From Trypanosoma brucei (Eukaryota), in assembly GCA_000002445.1 (NCBI GenBank), contig CH464491.1:1280001-1344000 (forward strand): 64,000 bases of DNA, given 5' to 3'. Shown in pieces: positions 44,280 through 55,504 of the stretch. Made by a program: the position numbers and the translations under genes. Position 1 is the first letter of the stretch. Every line of letters begins with the position of its first letter. Below the pieces are notes generated by a model. It saw only the letters and a program-made list of their open reading frames with translations. It did not search any database and was not told the DNA's origin.

Positions 44280-44609
44280 ATGCCGGGCATTGAGCGTCTT
44301 CGAGAAGAGGTGGAGCAACTGAGAAGTGAAACCAATAGACTAAAGGAAAATTTGAAATTGCAGAATCCACAAAGTGTCAGGGAGAGGAGCGGCTCGGACC
44401 GTCAGCATATGGAAGTGGAGTCATTTAGAGCTCAAATACGAAAGCATCACGCGGATGCCCCGATTTTGAAACTCCATGACGAATTATTAAGAGCGGAGCA
44501 GCGATGTACCCAATACGCCGATGCCTTGGCAGAAAGCAAAGGAAACTTCGTAAACATGAAGAGGCTCTACCAGGAACTCAGCGATATTCTTGACGGATGT
44601 TCAGCGTAA
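44280..44609 (+). CDS. Small coiled-coil hypothetical protein (109 aa)
   Basis: The ORF-track start at 44256 is TTG; the first ATG is 44280 (MPGIERLREEVEQLRSETNRLKENLK...). Heptad pattern. It is the only sizeable ORF in an otherwise 1.8-kb gap. Its short length limits confidence. Confidence 0.45.
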   Translation: MPGIERLREEVEQLRSETNRLKENLKLQNPQSVRERSGSDRQHMEVESFRAQIRKHHADAPILKLHDELLRAEQRCTQYADALAESKGNFVNMKRLYQELSDILDGCSA

Positions 44610-45454
44610 TGAAATGTTGTGTTTTTTTTTATATATTGTGGGGAAGTTTGGCTCCGCCCTTATTTGTGTCTTTTCCTCCCGTTTCCTACGGGGGAGGAGG
44701 GGGGAAAAAAACATCTAGTGGGGGGATTTCTTTTTTACCGCCCTTCAGTGCCGCCTCCTCGAGTTTCTGCGGCTTCGCTCGCTTAATTATTTGCTGTTTC
44801 GACTACTGTGAGGATGAGGGATCCATGAGATGTATTAGCTGTGGTGTTTCAATACAGCGATGAGTGAGGTGTTGTGTTCTCTTTTGTCTCATATTTTTCT
44901 GCTCCCCCTCTTTTTTTACATCTCCCTTTTCGCTTCACCGTGTGAGGCATACGAATTATCTGGCGGTTGTATTGTACATATTTGTATCTAAAGAGGAAAC
45001 GGCTGAAGTGCGAAGGGAAACATACAAATTGTGAGTTGCTGTCGTGTCTCATTTGCTTCAGTACAGGTGTAGTGCAGTGAAGTGTGACCATAATTTACTT
45101 CACAACTTCCCTTTTCGCTTCTTTTTACCACGGCTTGGTGAGTTTTTTTTCCTTTCTTTTTTTCCCCCTTAAATCTCGGATTCCCCGTAAGCGTCTGCTT
45201 TCAACATTGTGTTGGCGTCTGCTCACATAGCATCCACGTTTTTTTTTTTAAGGGGCAGTTACAAGGGCTTCTCACATCACGTGAAACTACAGGGGGGGGG
45301 GAAGTGCGGAAAGGGCTCTTCCGCAACACCGACTTCGTACGGTTTGTGTGTGGTAACGAAAGAAAAAAGTGGAAGTGAAGGCAGGGAAAGAACACCTTCC
45401 ACCTTCGGGTTAGGTAAATAAGTATAAGCATTACGTAAATAAAAGGCAGACAAC

Positions 45455-46495
45455 ATGAGGCCAGATTACATGGGTTTCATGTTCCTTACGAGCGGTGTAA
45501 TGTCGTTCAACGCGGGAATCTGGCAACTGCATCGCCGGCGGCAGAAGCGCCGTTTGATGGAAAACCACAAGAATATCCGCAAACCTCCAGTATATGAACT
45601 TCCACCAGGAGATGCCACCATCGACGAGTTTGAATTCCTCCCAGCCGCCTTCGAGGGCACATTTGATAACGAAGGCTCCATGCTTGTGGGCCCGCGTGCT
45701 CTTCCGACTTATAAGGGAGCCTCTTCAAACGAAGAGAGTAACGGGGGATTTCTGGTGGTGACGCCTTTTGAGATTGCCCACACCGGTCAGTTCATAATGG
45801 TGAACCGTGGCTGGGTTCCCATAGACGCCGGAAAGCACAGGACTCTCCTCATGCAGTACGTTGGCGAGGGTTTCACACCGGGTTCAGTGCGTGGCATATT
45901 CCGGCGTGAGGAATACATGTCTGCTTCACTAATTTGGGGACCGAATAAAGACAATGAGGGCCCCGTTGCCGCGGATTTATCGTGGCTGGTCATGCGCCCA
46001 TGGAACATGGCGGTCCACTACTACAAGCGCAGGTGGGGACCTGATCGTGCAGAGGAGTCGGTAGAAAAGCACGGTGCGCGGCATTACTACTTGGAAATGA
46101 TTGAGGACTATTCGGGAGATGACCAGCGAATGGTGCGCGGCCACCCGTGGCCATGGCGACGCAGCGTAGATGAAATAACTTACGTCCACTTACCCCCTTC
46201 TGTGCATACCATGTACATTTTCTTCTGGTTCTCTGTTACTCTGGGGTCTCTCTACGGTATGGGTAAATGCTACAAACGACAGAAGGAACTCTTTGCGCTG
46301 CGCAGGCAAATGACTGCACAGACAACACTGCTGGAACGGAAACGACAAGAGGAAGCGAAAATGTACATGGAGGCAATGAAGGAGGTGGAGCGGTTGAAGA
46401 AGTTGGGAACTGTCGCGGCACCGCGAATTGGGTCACAACCAACTGAACAACAGAAGTCAGATGAAAAGTCTCCCGCCTCAGGGGAGAAGTCGTAA
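45455..46495 (+). CDS. SURF1: SURF1-family cytochrome c oxidase assembly protein
   Basis: ATG at 45455. N-terminal TM helix followed by GIWQLHRRRQK (the SURF1 'GtWQl.R...K' start). FLVVTPFE...IMVNRGWVP block. Second TM helix near the C-terminus (MYIFFWFSVTLGSLYGMG). Confidence 0.8.
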   Translation: MRPDYMGFMFLTSGVMSFNAGIWQLHRRRQKRRLMENHKNIRKPPVYELPPGDATIDEFEFLPAAFEGTFDNEGSMLVGPRALPTYKGASSNEESNGGFLVVTPFEIAHTGQFIMVNRGWVPIDAGKHRTLLMQYVGEGFTPGSVRGIFRREEYMSASLIWGPNKDNEGPVAADLSWLVMRPWNMAVHYYKRRWGPDRAEESVEKHGARHYYLEMIEDYSGDDQRMVRGHPWPWRRSVDEITYVHLPPSVHTMYIFFWFSVTLGSLYGMGKCYKRQKELFALRRQMTAQTTLLERKRQEEAKMYMEAMKEVERLKKLGTVAAPRIGSQPTEQQKSDEKSPASGEKS

Positions 46496-48146
46496 TGGCG
46501 AGATGTGAAGGTCATTCCGGGACGGATTGGACACCCCACGTTGTCATGATGTATGGGTGTTTCAAAAAAAAAAAAAAAGTTGCACCGTGTAACCGCCCAC
46601 TATTGGGAAGTTTGCGTTGGGAACCTTTCTCGTTAATTTATCGTTGTTACTTCACATACATGTATAAGTTGTTTTTTTTAAATTTTCCCCTATCATTTTT
46701 GTTTTTTTTTCTTTGGTCGTTTCGAAGTGAGCACAGATGGTAACTATATAACTCTTAAGATACTGTTTGATGCTCCCTTATTTTGTTGGTATATATATTT
46801 TTTTATTTTTTTTTGCGTGTGTGTGTAATGACATTATTCGCCTGCTAAACTGTGCAGTATTTGCGCCGCGGCACACTGTTCCTCACGTCTCGTGTATCAC
46901 ATGTATCCTCCTTTTTCGTTTTATTGTTGCAGTTCCTTCATGCTCTTTGGTCGCTAAGCGTTTGATAATTAAAAAGTTTCTGGTGTTAGTGCCGTTCTGC
47001 GTACGTGTTGAAAGCCAGAAAATGGCTCCAGCTTCTATCTTTCAGCGCGGTGTGGAGGAGGGGAAAGGAGGAAAGGGGTTGAGTGCTTTTTTTTATTTTT
47101 ATTTTTGCCATATATACCGCACAAGAATAAATGAAACTGTTCCTGGATTCCGTTCCGATGTGCGTTTACTTAAAGTTTACTGTGGAGATTAAAGAGATGA
47201 AAATGTAGTATCTTCCGTTGACTCCGGTGTGAAGCCACAAATACCATAGCGTGGGGCGTGGAAGAATTATGTTGTGGTCAATTAATGTAATTACCCATGT
47301 CGTGGCATGTTTTGGGGATGGACCATTTCACTTTGATTTATATGTAGTCACTTAGTACGTGGAATGTGTGCAATTTTTTGTTGTTGTTTGCCCACCGTTC
47401 GTGTGTCCGCACGACTGAGTTTACAACAAATCCGGGTATCGGGAGAAAACGGAACGGGTGGGTCGCCACCAAAAAGATGGATTTTTTTAAAACAGCTTTT
47501 TCCCCCCCCCCTCGCATATTAAGTGGCAGGAAGTCCGTAATTCAGCTGACATGGTGCAGAGTAGAGATTGTTCCCACTTGTGCCATTTTTCTGTCTTTTT
47601 TTTCCTCGCGTCGGATGAGCGGTGCTCGCCGGTGTCCCAGCGGGTGCTAACCGAGGCATGACCGGAATTAAGTTTTGGCAGTGCTCTTCCGTCTACTCAC
47701 GTAGTGGTCTTTAATCGATGGTGGCGTTGAAGGCGTAACCTCCTCAGGGAAACTCAGCGCCGATGGAAAATTGAAATGTGGCGGCATTCTTCTCATTTTA
47801 CTTGTTAAGGTGGCACGCAAGACAATATGGAATTATATCCATGAGGCAAAGGTTACCGCTGGTGTCGAGTGTATATTCTGGTGGTCCGCATAGTGATAAA
47901 AGTGTGCATATTGGCGTGCATGTACGATATCGTGCACGCGTACGAGACAGGGGGGGGGGGAGAACCGTTATTCACAGCTGTGGACTGTACATTTCTTGTA
48001 TTTCCTCTCCGCCTTCCTCCGCCCCCTCCCCTACATTGGTTTTATATTTTAAAAAAGGGCTATCACGTGTAGCACAAGGGCATATAGAAAGAGAGGTATA
48101 CGTGCCTATTTGTATAGATATAGACTTTCATATAGAGTGAGTGTGC

Positions 48147-51100
48147 ATGCGGCTAAATAGCTGCTGGATACGGAGGGTACACAGGGGAATTGCACAGTCG
48201 AACTTAAGATGTGTCTCTACCTTCGCCGCTCTTGTAAAGGTGCAAGAAGCCCTGAAAAGTTCGAAACCATTTGCTGATGATGCCAAGGGTTTTGCAGAGT
48301 TCTTTCGAGTTCCATGTCTTCCCGGCGTTGGGGCGCAGGAGAGCGTTCGCCGCCACTACGACCGAGTGCTCCGAGACCTCAAGCAACAAAAAGATAGCTA
48401 CGTCATGCGACAACAAGGACAAGATGAGCGTGTCAACGAGGAACTTCCAATCTTTTTGGTCTCATATGATACTGGATCGAAAAACTTTTACCTCTTTTCG
48501 GTCGAGAAAGATTGCAATGCAGTCCGCTCTCCAGCTGATGGTGAGTCAGACGTATCAGGTTTGGCGGACGAACTAATGCAATACACACGCGGCATGACAC
48601 AAGCGATTATGATTCCCATTGTGGCCGACGAAGAGGAGCGGGGAGCTCTGGCCCCTCACCTGACGCGACTCAGCGGTGAACTGAAACGGTGTGGCATCAT
48701 TCCTGTTCTCAGTGTTGATAGCTTAGAAATCATAAAGACACTAGATCCCCAGCAGTCGCCTGTTCGTATCGTGACAAAAGGTCGCGGCAAGCATGCGTCG
48801 GAGCCACTCACCGAAGAGTGGTTTCGCGCCCATTGGGTACACCTGCGCACGCTCGTCTTCAAATCCAGCGAGGAGGACCCCATTATTACTTTGAACCGCC
48901 TCGTCGCGCCACGGTTTACCATATATGTTATTCACCTGGTGCGCGCAGGTTCCCGCGGACTTAACGTGGCCCTTTATGAGCCGCTTCAGAAAAAACGATA
49001 TGGAGCAAAGGGGATGCTTTCCGACGTTTTGGGCTGCCTCTTAGAGAGGCAAGCAAAGCAGGTGATATTTCTCCCAACGAACCGTACAGATCGTCCCACA
49101 TTACTGCGATGTCGTACCGCGCTCACAAAAATGGGACGCACTTGTTACCTTGTCTTCCCATCAGAGATTGGGGAAAAGTATCGTGGGGTATATCAGTCGG
49201 ATCCGGCCCGGTACTGGTCATCGCTATGTGAGGTAAAAGGTTCTCTCGACGCAGATTTCAGCTTTGAAGTGTACGCAACTGTAGGAAATAATATTCGCAC
49301 CCAGCAGTACAAGCGAACGAGAGAAAATTTACTAGAGAAGCAGGCTTCCTTAAGCAGCGAAAATAACATGCCGGCAGTAACAAACTCTGAGGTGGAGAAG
49401 TGGCTTCGTGTTCTTTCACTCGATAAGCGTGTGTCATGTGAAAAGGCACAAATGCGCAAGTACAAAAAGTACCTTGTGATTGCATTCATGGCGACGGAAT
49501 TTGCTGCATACACTCGACCGGCAAACCCCCACGCACCTGCGAATTATGTGGTAGCTACTAGCATTATGGACTATCAGCAACAGGTTGTGGAGCCATGGAC
49601 CAAGTACTCTTCCCGCGGGGAGTTCAAGCTACCCTCATTGGAAGGGTTCGATGTTATTGTGTGTCACGATGTTAAACACTTCGTGTTATTGATATGGGAC
49701 GATCCCGAACTCCGACGTTTCTTAAAGCGTGGGGGAAGGGTGTGGTGCACGATGTTCGCAGAATACCTCCTCGACGCCCAGAGGTGTCAGTCTGGCAGCA
49801 ATAGCCTTCACGACGTGGCAATGAAATACGGCATCCTCACACCACAGTCGTCGGTTTTGGGGCTCAGTACGCCAGACCTCCCCATTGCATTTATTCAACA
49901 CTACCTGGTAGCCGCAGTGGATGCTATATCCCGTGTTTTTCAAGAACAACTCAAAAAGGCCTGTGGGAATAGCCAATTGATTTGTGTCGCCCATCGGATG
50001 GATTCGTTGCTAGCGATGGCTTCCATAGAGAAGGCTGGAATTCACATCGATTCCAAGGAGGCAACTCTGCAGGCACAGGCGATCCGTAATCGGTTATTGG
50101 CTATCGACAAGTCTCTCTCTCTTTATGCACCCGATGAAATACCACTTGACATGCAACGGTTCTTCGACTGGACTTCCTTACAACACCTTCAGGCCTACTT
50201 CTTCGGTGGAAGCATTACGTTGGGCTACACAGACATTTCGCGTGATTCCTCCACATGGACCGCCCATCTCATTCATCTCTGCCATAAATACGGCAACCTC
50301 GGGCTCATGTCGGCAGATGTGCACCTACAGCGGTTCGCTTCTGAAAGAGGGTTGCGGGGAGCTGGGCGTTTACCACAGCGTGTGGCACGATTCTTTGATG
50401 CGGACGGAAGCTCCCGGAGGCGCAAGTACAGACTAGTTGTATTTGATATTGAATCCACGGGATTGAATACAGCGACTGACGCCATAATTGAGGTTGCTGC
50501 ATTTGATCCCGTGGAGGGGACGTCTTTTAGCTCATTGGTAAATCCGCAACGCCCCATCCCGCCACAGTCTACCGCTATCCATCACATAACCGACAGTATG
50601 GTGCAGGGAGCTCCGCGTTTGTCAGAGGTTACACAAGCCTTTGCACGGTACTTGCGGCTGAGTGAAGGGCAGCGCGATGAGGATGAAGTTACAATCCTCA
50701 TAGGTCACAATGTTTTCGCCCTTGATGAACCGCTCCTTCGCCGCGCTTTTCGGTCTGAAAGTGTGGATACAGAGAACCTTCTCTTTTGTGATTCGCTCAC
50801 TATACTTAAGGGTCTCAAGCAGGAACTGCAGGGGTCAAAGAAAGATTCGAAGTTTGACAGAGGGGTGCTGGATATATTGACCAACTCACTTCGTCTCTCT
50901 TCCCTCGTAGAAGGCTTGCGTGTAGAGGCCGACGGAGAACTTCACCGTGCCGACACGGATGCGAAAATGCTGTGGTTTGTTCTCGTTAACGCTTTCGGTA
51001 TCGGGGGAAAGGATGCCGTCAAGCAGCGCGATGAGGTGCTTAGCCATGCTGTACGCACGCTGGTATTGTACCCAGGTGTTGGGTGTTTTCTTCCGCAGGA

Positions 51101-52361
51101 GCGACGAAAGGATTGCGTCACAGTTCAGTTACCTGGCGTATGCTTCAAGGCGATAAAAGAAAAACGAACCATTGAACAGCTTCGCAAGCGCCACCTCGAT
51201 GAGGCAACATTTGTCGTGTTACAGCGGCACAAGCTGGAGGTAGCGGGGCTTCTACTACAAAAGTTGCAATTAGAGCGTGGCTCCGCAAATTTTCTCCACT
51301 CGGGAACTGATGGCCGGCTGTCCATCCTTCATAGTGACAATAAGGTAAGACAGTATATTGATCTTACCGCTACCACAACTTCACGCACAACGAGCTCCTA
51401 CCCAAGCTGCCAAAATATCCCGAAGGACGACAAATCTTCGCTACGCCACCTTTTTGTATCAAGGTTTGGTGAGAAGGGCCGTTGCGTGGAAATTGACTAC
51501 TCGCAGCTGGAGATTGTTGTTATGGCTGTTCTCTGTGAGGACGAAAGGCTCGTTTCAGACCTAAACCAGGGGGTCGACTTCCACGTGAAACGCGCTTCGT
51601 TTTTCAGTGGAATATCCTATGATGAAATCTATAACGGATACAAGCGTGGAGAGGCCAAATTTCTCAAGCTACGTAAAGTGGCCAAGACTTTCTCGTTTCA
51701 GCGTTTGTATGGTGCAGGCGTGCCGCTGCTTCACAAAACGACTGGTATCCCCGTTCAGGATCTTCAGGAATGTATACGCAGGGAAGAGGAAGAATATCCA
51801 GGTATATCGCGCTTCCACCGTCTCGCTCGGACGGTTGCTCTGCGGGCAAATAATCCCGGTCTGCCAACACACTTCATTGTTGAGCTCCCTACAGGCCTAC
51901 GCGTATGTTACAAAACCCGAGATGTAGTGCTCAACCTTCCTCCAGTGAAAAATTACCCCATTCAAAGCTTTGGTGCGGAACTTGCCCAAATGATGATTGG
52001 GCGCGTATTTCGTCAATTCGTGCGCAAAAGTTTTTACGGCCAAAAAGCCTTTATGATAAACTTCGTACACGATTCGCTTTGGCTCGACTGCCACATGAGT
52101 GTCCTTGAGGAATGTGTACACGAGACGCGCACCATCATGGAAGAAGTAGACACGTACGTGGCAAAGACATTCCCAGGTGTTAAGTTGAAAGTTCCGCTGA
52201 AGGTTTCAGTGGACTGTGGCGTGGATATGTGTGCCATGGAATCCGTCAAGGATGATTTCAGCGCGCTCGCGTCACAGCAGCGAAGCAAATCGTCAGAGTT
52301 AGATGCACTTATACCCGAACTTAGTAAGGAAGTTACTGACAGTGTAGAAATTACGGTGTAA
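48147..52361 (+). CDS. POLIB: Family-A DNA polymerase, mitochondrial (kinetoplast) DNA polymerase I-like; POLIB-like on length (1404 aa) and domain order
   Basis: The ORF-track start at 48141 is GTG; the ATG is 48147 (MRLNSCWIRRVHRGIA..., Arg-rich presequence). 3'-5' exonuclease Exo I VVFDIESTGL (~50444). Pol motif A DYSQLEIVV (~51495). Motif B RASFFSGISYDEIYNG...KVAKTFSFQRLYGAG. Motif C VHDSLWLDC (~52065). Confidence 0.8.
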   Translation: MRLNSCWIRRVHRGIAQSNLRCVSTFAALVKVQEALKSSKPFADDAKGFAEFFRVPCLPGVGAQESVRRHYDRVLRDLKQQKDSYVMRQQGQDERVNEELPIFLVSYDTGSKNFYLFSVEKDCNAVRSPADGESDVSGLADELMQYTRGMTQAIMIPIVADEEERGALAPHLTRLSGELKRCGIIPVLSVDSLEIIKTLDPQQSPVRIVTKGRGKHASEPLTEEWFRAHWVHLRTLVFKSSEEDPIITLNRLVAPRFTIYVIHLVRAGSRGLNVALYEPLQKKRYGAKGMLSDVLGCLLERQAKQVIFLPTNRTDRPTLLRCRTALTKMGRTCYLVFPSEIGEKYRGVYQSDPARYWSSLCEVKGSLDADFSFEVYATVGNNIRTQQYKRTRENLLEKQASLSSENNMPAVTNSEVEKWLRVLSLDKRVSCEKAQMRKYKKYLVIAFMATEFAAYTRPANPHAPANYVVATSIMDYQQQVVEPWTKYSSRGEFKLPSLEGFDVIVCHDVKHFVLLIWDDPELRRFLKRGGRVWCTMFAEYLLDAQRCQSGSNSLHDVAMKYGILTPQSSVLGLSTPDLPIAFIQHYLVAAVDAISRVFQEQLKKACGNSQLICVAHRMDSLLAMASIEKAGIHIDSKEATLQAQAIRNRLLAIDKSLSLYAPDEIPLDMQRFFDWTSLQHLQAYFFGGSITLGYTDISRDSSTWTAHLIHLCHKYGNLGLMSADVHLQRFASERGLRGAGRLPQRVARFFDADGSSRRRKYRLVVFDIESTGLNTATDAIIEVAAFDPVEGTSFSSLVNPQRPIPPQSTAIHHITDSMVQGAPRLSEVTQAFARYLRLSEGQRDEDEVTILIGHNVFALDEPLLRRAFRSESVDTENLLFCDSLTILKGLKQELQGSKKDSKFDRGVLDILTNSLRLSSLVEGLRVEADGELHRADTDAKMLWFVLVNAFGIGGKDAVKQRDEVLSHAVRTLVLYPGVGCFLPQERRKDCVTVQLPGVCFKAIKEKRTIEQLRKRHLDEATFVVLQRHKLEVAGLLLQKLQLERGSANFLHSGTDGRLSILHSDNKVRQYIDLTATTTSRTTSSYPSCQNIPKDDKSSLRHLFVSRFGEKGRCVEIDYSQLEIVVMAVLCEDERLVSDLNQGVDFHVKRASFFSGISYDEIYNGYKRGEAKFLKLRKVAKTFSFQRLYGAGVPLLHKTTGIPVQDLQECIRREEEEYPGISRFHRLARTVALRANNPGLPTHFIVELPTGLRVCYKTRDVVLNLPPVKNYPIQSFGAELAQMMIGRVFRQFVRKSFYGQKAFMINFVHDSLWLDCHMSVLEECVHETRTIMEEVDTYVAKTFPGVKLKVPLKVSVDCGVDMCAMESVKDDFSALASQQRSKSSELDALIPELSKEVTDSVEITV

Positions 52362-52643
52362 AAGGTGGACCGCACCTGTTTCTTTGCATTACGCGAACAT
52401 TGCACAGTTTCAATACCCTCTGTTAAAAGAAGAAAGGACCACATTCTGCCGAAATAACTTTAGGGCGAGGGCAGAAGTGCCTTAAGCCCTTTTTTCTTTT
52501 CTATACAGAATGTTTCACCGTACTTTTCTTCCCCAAAACAAGAAATTTTATCCTCTAACAAACTTACAAAGTAAAAAATTCAAAAGAAATAAAGGAAAAA
52601 CATCACAGTTAACGGTATATAAGTACACCCCCATTTCTTCAAC

Positions 52644-53474
52644 ATGGCTCTCACTCAATCCCTAAAACTCTCGAATGGAGTGATGATGCCAGTTCTTGGT
52701 TTCGGTATGTGGAAGTTACAGGATGGCAATGAAGCCGAGACGGCGACGATGTGGGCCATAAAAAGCGGCTATCGTCACATCGATACTGCAGCCATCTATA
52801 AAAATGAAGAAAGCGCTGGCAGGGCCATTGCCTCATGTGGTGTACCGCGGGAAGAGCTATTCGTCACGACGAAGCTTTGGAACTCCGACCAGGGATATGA
52901 GAGCACGCTGAGCGCATTTGAGAAGAGCATTAAGAAGCTCGGCCTGGAATATGTTGACCTATACCTCATCCACTGGCCGGGGAAGGACAAGTTTATCGAC
53001 ACATGGAAGGCGTTTGAGAAACTGTACGCCGATAAGAAGGTGCGCGCCATTGGCGTTTCCAACTTTCACGAGCACCACATCGAGGAACTGCTAAAGCACT
53101 GTAAGGTTGCACCGATGGTTAACCAGATCGAGCTCCATCCGCTGCTCAATCAGAAGGCACTCTGCGAGTACTGCAAGTCGAAGAACATCGCCGTCACTGC
53201 CTGGTCGCCGCTTGGTCAAGGACATCTCGTCGAAGACGCCCGTCTGAAAGCTATCGGAGGAAAGTATGGTAAGACAGCTGCGCAGGTGATGCTCCGCTGG
53301 GAAATACAAGCAGGGGTCATCACGATTCCCAAATCGGGCAACGAGGCCCGCATCAAGGAAAATGGCAATATATTTGACTTCGAACTAACTGCGGAGGACA
53401 TTCAAGTCATCGATGGTATGAATGCCGGCCACCGCTACGGCCCCGATCCGGAGGTCTTCATGAACGACTTTTGA
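52644..53474 (+). CDS. PGFS: Aldo-keto reductase (AKR5A-type), prostaglandin F2-alpha synthase-like, 276 aa
   Basis: AKR catalytic tetrad context: IDTAAIY (Asp and Tyr), TTKLW (Lys), LYLIHWP (His). Full-length (alpha/beta)8 AKR signature blocks. Length matches the trypanosome PGFS. Confidence 0.85.
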
Positions 53475-53886
53475 TGCCCAAGGGTGCGGTGTTCGAGTAG
53501 TAACACTGGACGGATTGCCATCTCACCTTTGAGTGGGCTTTCAACCTATACTTTGATCTCTCATTTAACTATTTTTTTTTCCTAGCATCGCGGCTACTAT
53601 TCATCTCACTGCTCTTTTGTCCTGCGAACGAGGACGGTATTTATGTTTTCCGTAGTGAATAAATGTGTGACACTGCGTAGGACGGGGGAGTGGGCGGCAA
53701 GGATATGGACCTTGCGCCTGGGCGTGCCATGTTAGTGCCTTTTCTTTGCTTGCTCAACCGGTTGCTTGTTCTTCTTCAATCTCACTGCCGCATGCAAACG
53801 CACGTGCGTGAATACAACTGAAGCGTAGGAACGAACGTTACGGTAACACTATTGCTGCGGCGTGCGCTCCCGAATCTTTGGGGGCC

Positions 53887-55215
53887 ATGCCACGTCAGAC
53901 TACTTTGTCCGTCGTCTGCCTGAGCACCGGCAGAGGGGCTTCGATGGTGTATGAGGGGAACTGTAGCACAGCCTATGTGCTCTGCGTGGGTGACGCCCCG
54001 GTTGTTCTCTTTGGTATTGGATACGGAGTGACTCGCCAGTGTCTCCGCTACTTCGGTACCATCCCCACTAATATTGCAGTGTTTTCTAACCGTTCCCATA
54101 TGTCAGCAGAACTCCCCGTGGTGATTGCTGTTGAAGGTCGCAAGGGGAGGCACCCCCGGATCGTCGCTAGCGAAACGGTGATGATGCGCCTCATGCAGCA
54201 CAGGTTGGCGGAAATGCACTCCCGAGCAGCGTTTGGTGTACCCGGGGAGGGCGGTGTTTGCGACTTTGTCAATCTCCAAACCGATGAATCATCTCCAACA
54301 GTACCGTACCGTCTGCCCGACTTTCCATCTGTCTCCCTTGTGGCGTTCGACGCGGTTTCTTCACTGGAGAGTTCCTGTGGATTCGTTGTGCTGCATCATG
54401 GCAGTCCTGTACTTGCGCTGACAGGAGACTGTGCGTACGACGCGCAACGATACCAAGAGGTGCTCCGTATGGCACCCGTGGTCATTGTCGACGGACGGAA
54501 GAAAGGTTCGCCGGACCATGCGTCGTTTGCTGATATTACCCGCGCGGTGGATGACTGCAGGAGCAATGGCGGAGGACCACGTAGAGTATTCATTGGGCAG
54601 TATGGGGCCCCGGCTGATGCACCACCAGTTGTTTCTGGTGCAACAGTGCTTCCGATCGTGGAGGGTGCTGTGGTGGAACTAAGCGAGGGAGTATGCATTG
54701 GGGATGCAGAGGAGCTGCTTGTTCCACCAGCACCATCGGCGATAGACATGTGCGAAAGCACCAAAACCGTATGTTGTGATAGATCCGAGGGAGAGGAAGC
54801 ACCGAGCTCTTTTGTCATGCGCATGGCCCACACTGGAGGTGGCGGAGGACAAGATGCACTGCATGAAGGGAGCTCATGCAGGAGGGGACGGGGTGCCGGC
54901 ATTGGGGACTGGCAGTGTGGAGGAAAGGAAGCTGTGATTGTACCCGAAGCGAATTTGGGGAGCATAGGTGTATCTGCAGCGTTCGAGGAGTACATGCAAC
55001 GGGCTTATTGCGCCCTCCAGAGGTATCCCACGCAGGAGGGGGGTGTGAGTGGGGTTGTCCAGATGCGCAGCAACAACACAAACGCCCCGCGAGGCCCCAA
55101 CGAAGCGCCACCCAGTAGGGCACAGTCTGCAGAGGTTCCTAATAGGCCTCGTGGTGAGGAGTCGACGAAGCACACCACAGGGTACACATGCAGATTCACG
55201 GCTCTGAAGACATGA
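53887..55215 (+). CDS. Hypothetical protein (~442 aa), Gly/Ala/Pro-rich C-terminus
   Basis: The ORF-track start at 53878 is TTG; the first ATG is 53887. A 1.3-kb ORF co-oriented with its neighbours; no motif recognised. Confidence 0.65.
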   Translation: MPRQTTLSVVCLSTGRGASMVYEGNCSTAYVLCVGDAPVVLFGIGYGVTRQCLRYFGTIPTNIAVFSNRSHMSAELPVVIAVEGRKGRHPRIVASETVMMRLMQHRLAEMHSRAAFGVPGEGGVCDFVNLQTDESSPTVPYRLPDFPSVSLVAFDAVSSLESSCGFVVLHHGSPVLALTGDCAYDAQRYQEVLRMAPVVIVDGRKKGSPDHASFADITRAVDDCRSNGGGPRRVFIGQYGAPADAPPVVSGATVLPIVEGAVVELSEGVCIGDAEELLVPPAPSAIDMCESTKTVCCDRSEGEEAPSSFVMRMAHTGGGGGQDALHEGSSCRRGRGAGIGDWQCGGKEAVIVPEANLGSIGVSAAFEEYMQRAYCALQRYPTQEGGVSGVVQMRSNNTNAPRGPNEAPPSRAQSAEVPNRPRGEESTKHTTGYTCRFTALKT

Positions 55216-55504
55216 CGAGGAACGGTAGTGACACCGTTCTGCCCGTTCATTTCTTCTTTTGCGTCTACATCCACATTTGTGCTGCAGCCCTACGCCTCCC
55301 CTTGGCATGCGCGTTCAGAGGATGTGGCGAAAGGTGGTACGGTAGGCGTCGGGAAGTTGCTTGCTGCTACCACATGGGTAATTTACTGTATTCTGTCATA
55401 TCCCTTTGTTTGTGTAGTTTCTTCTCTGCTCAGTGGATTTCAACTTCTCTTTCCGTCACTTCACAATACCACCCAACTAGGTACACTACATCCTGACTAA
55501 CCGG

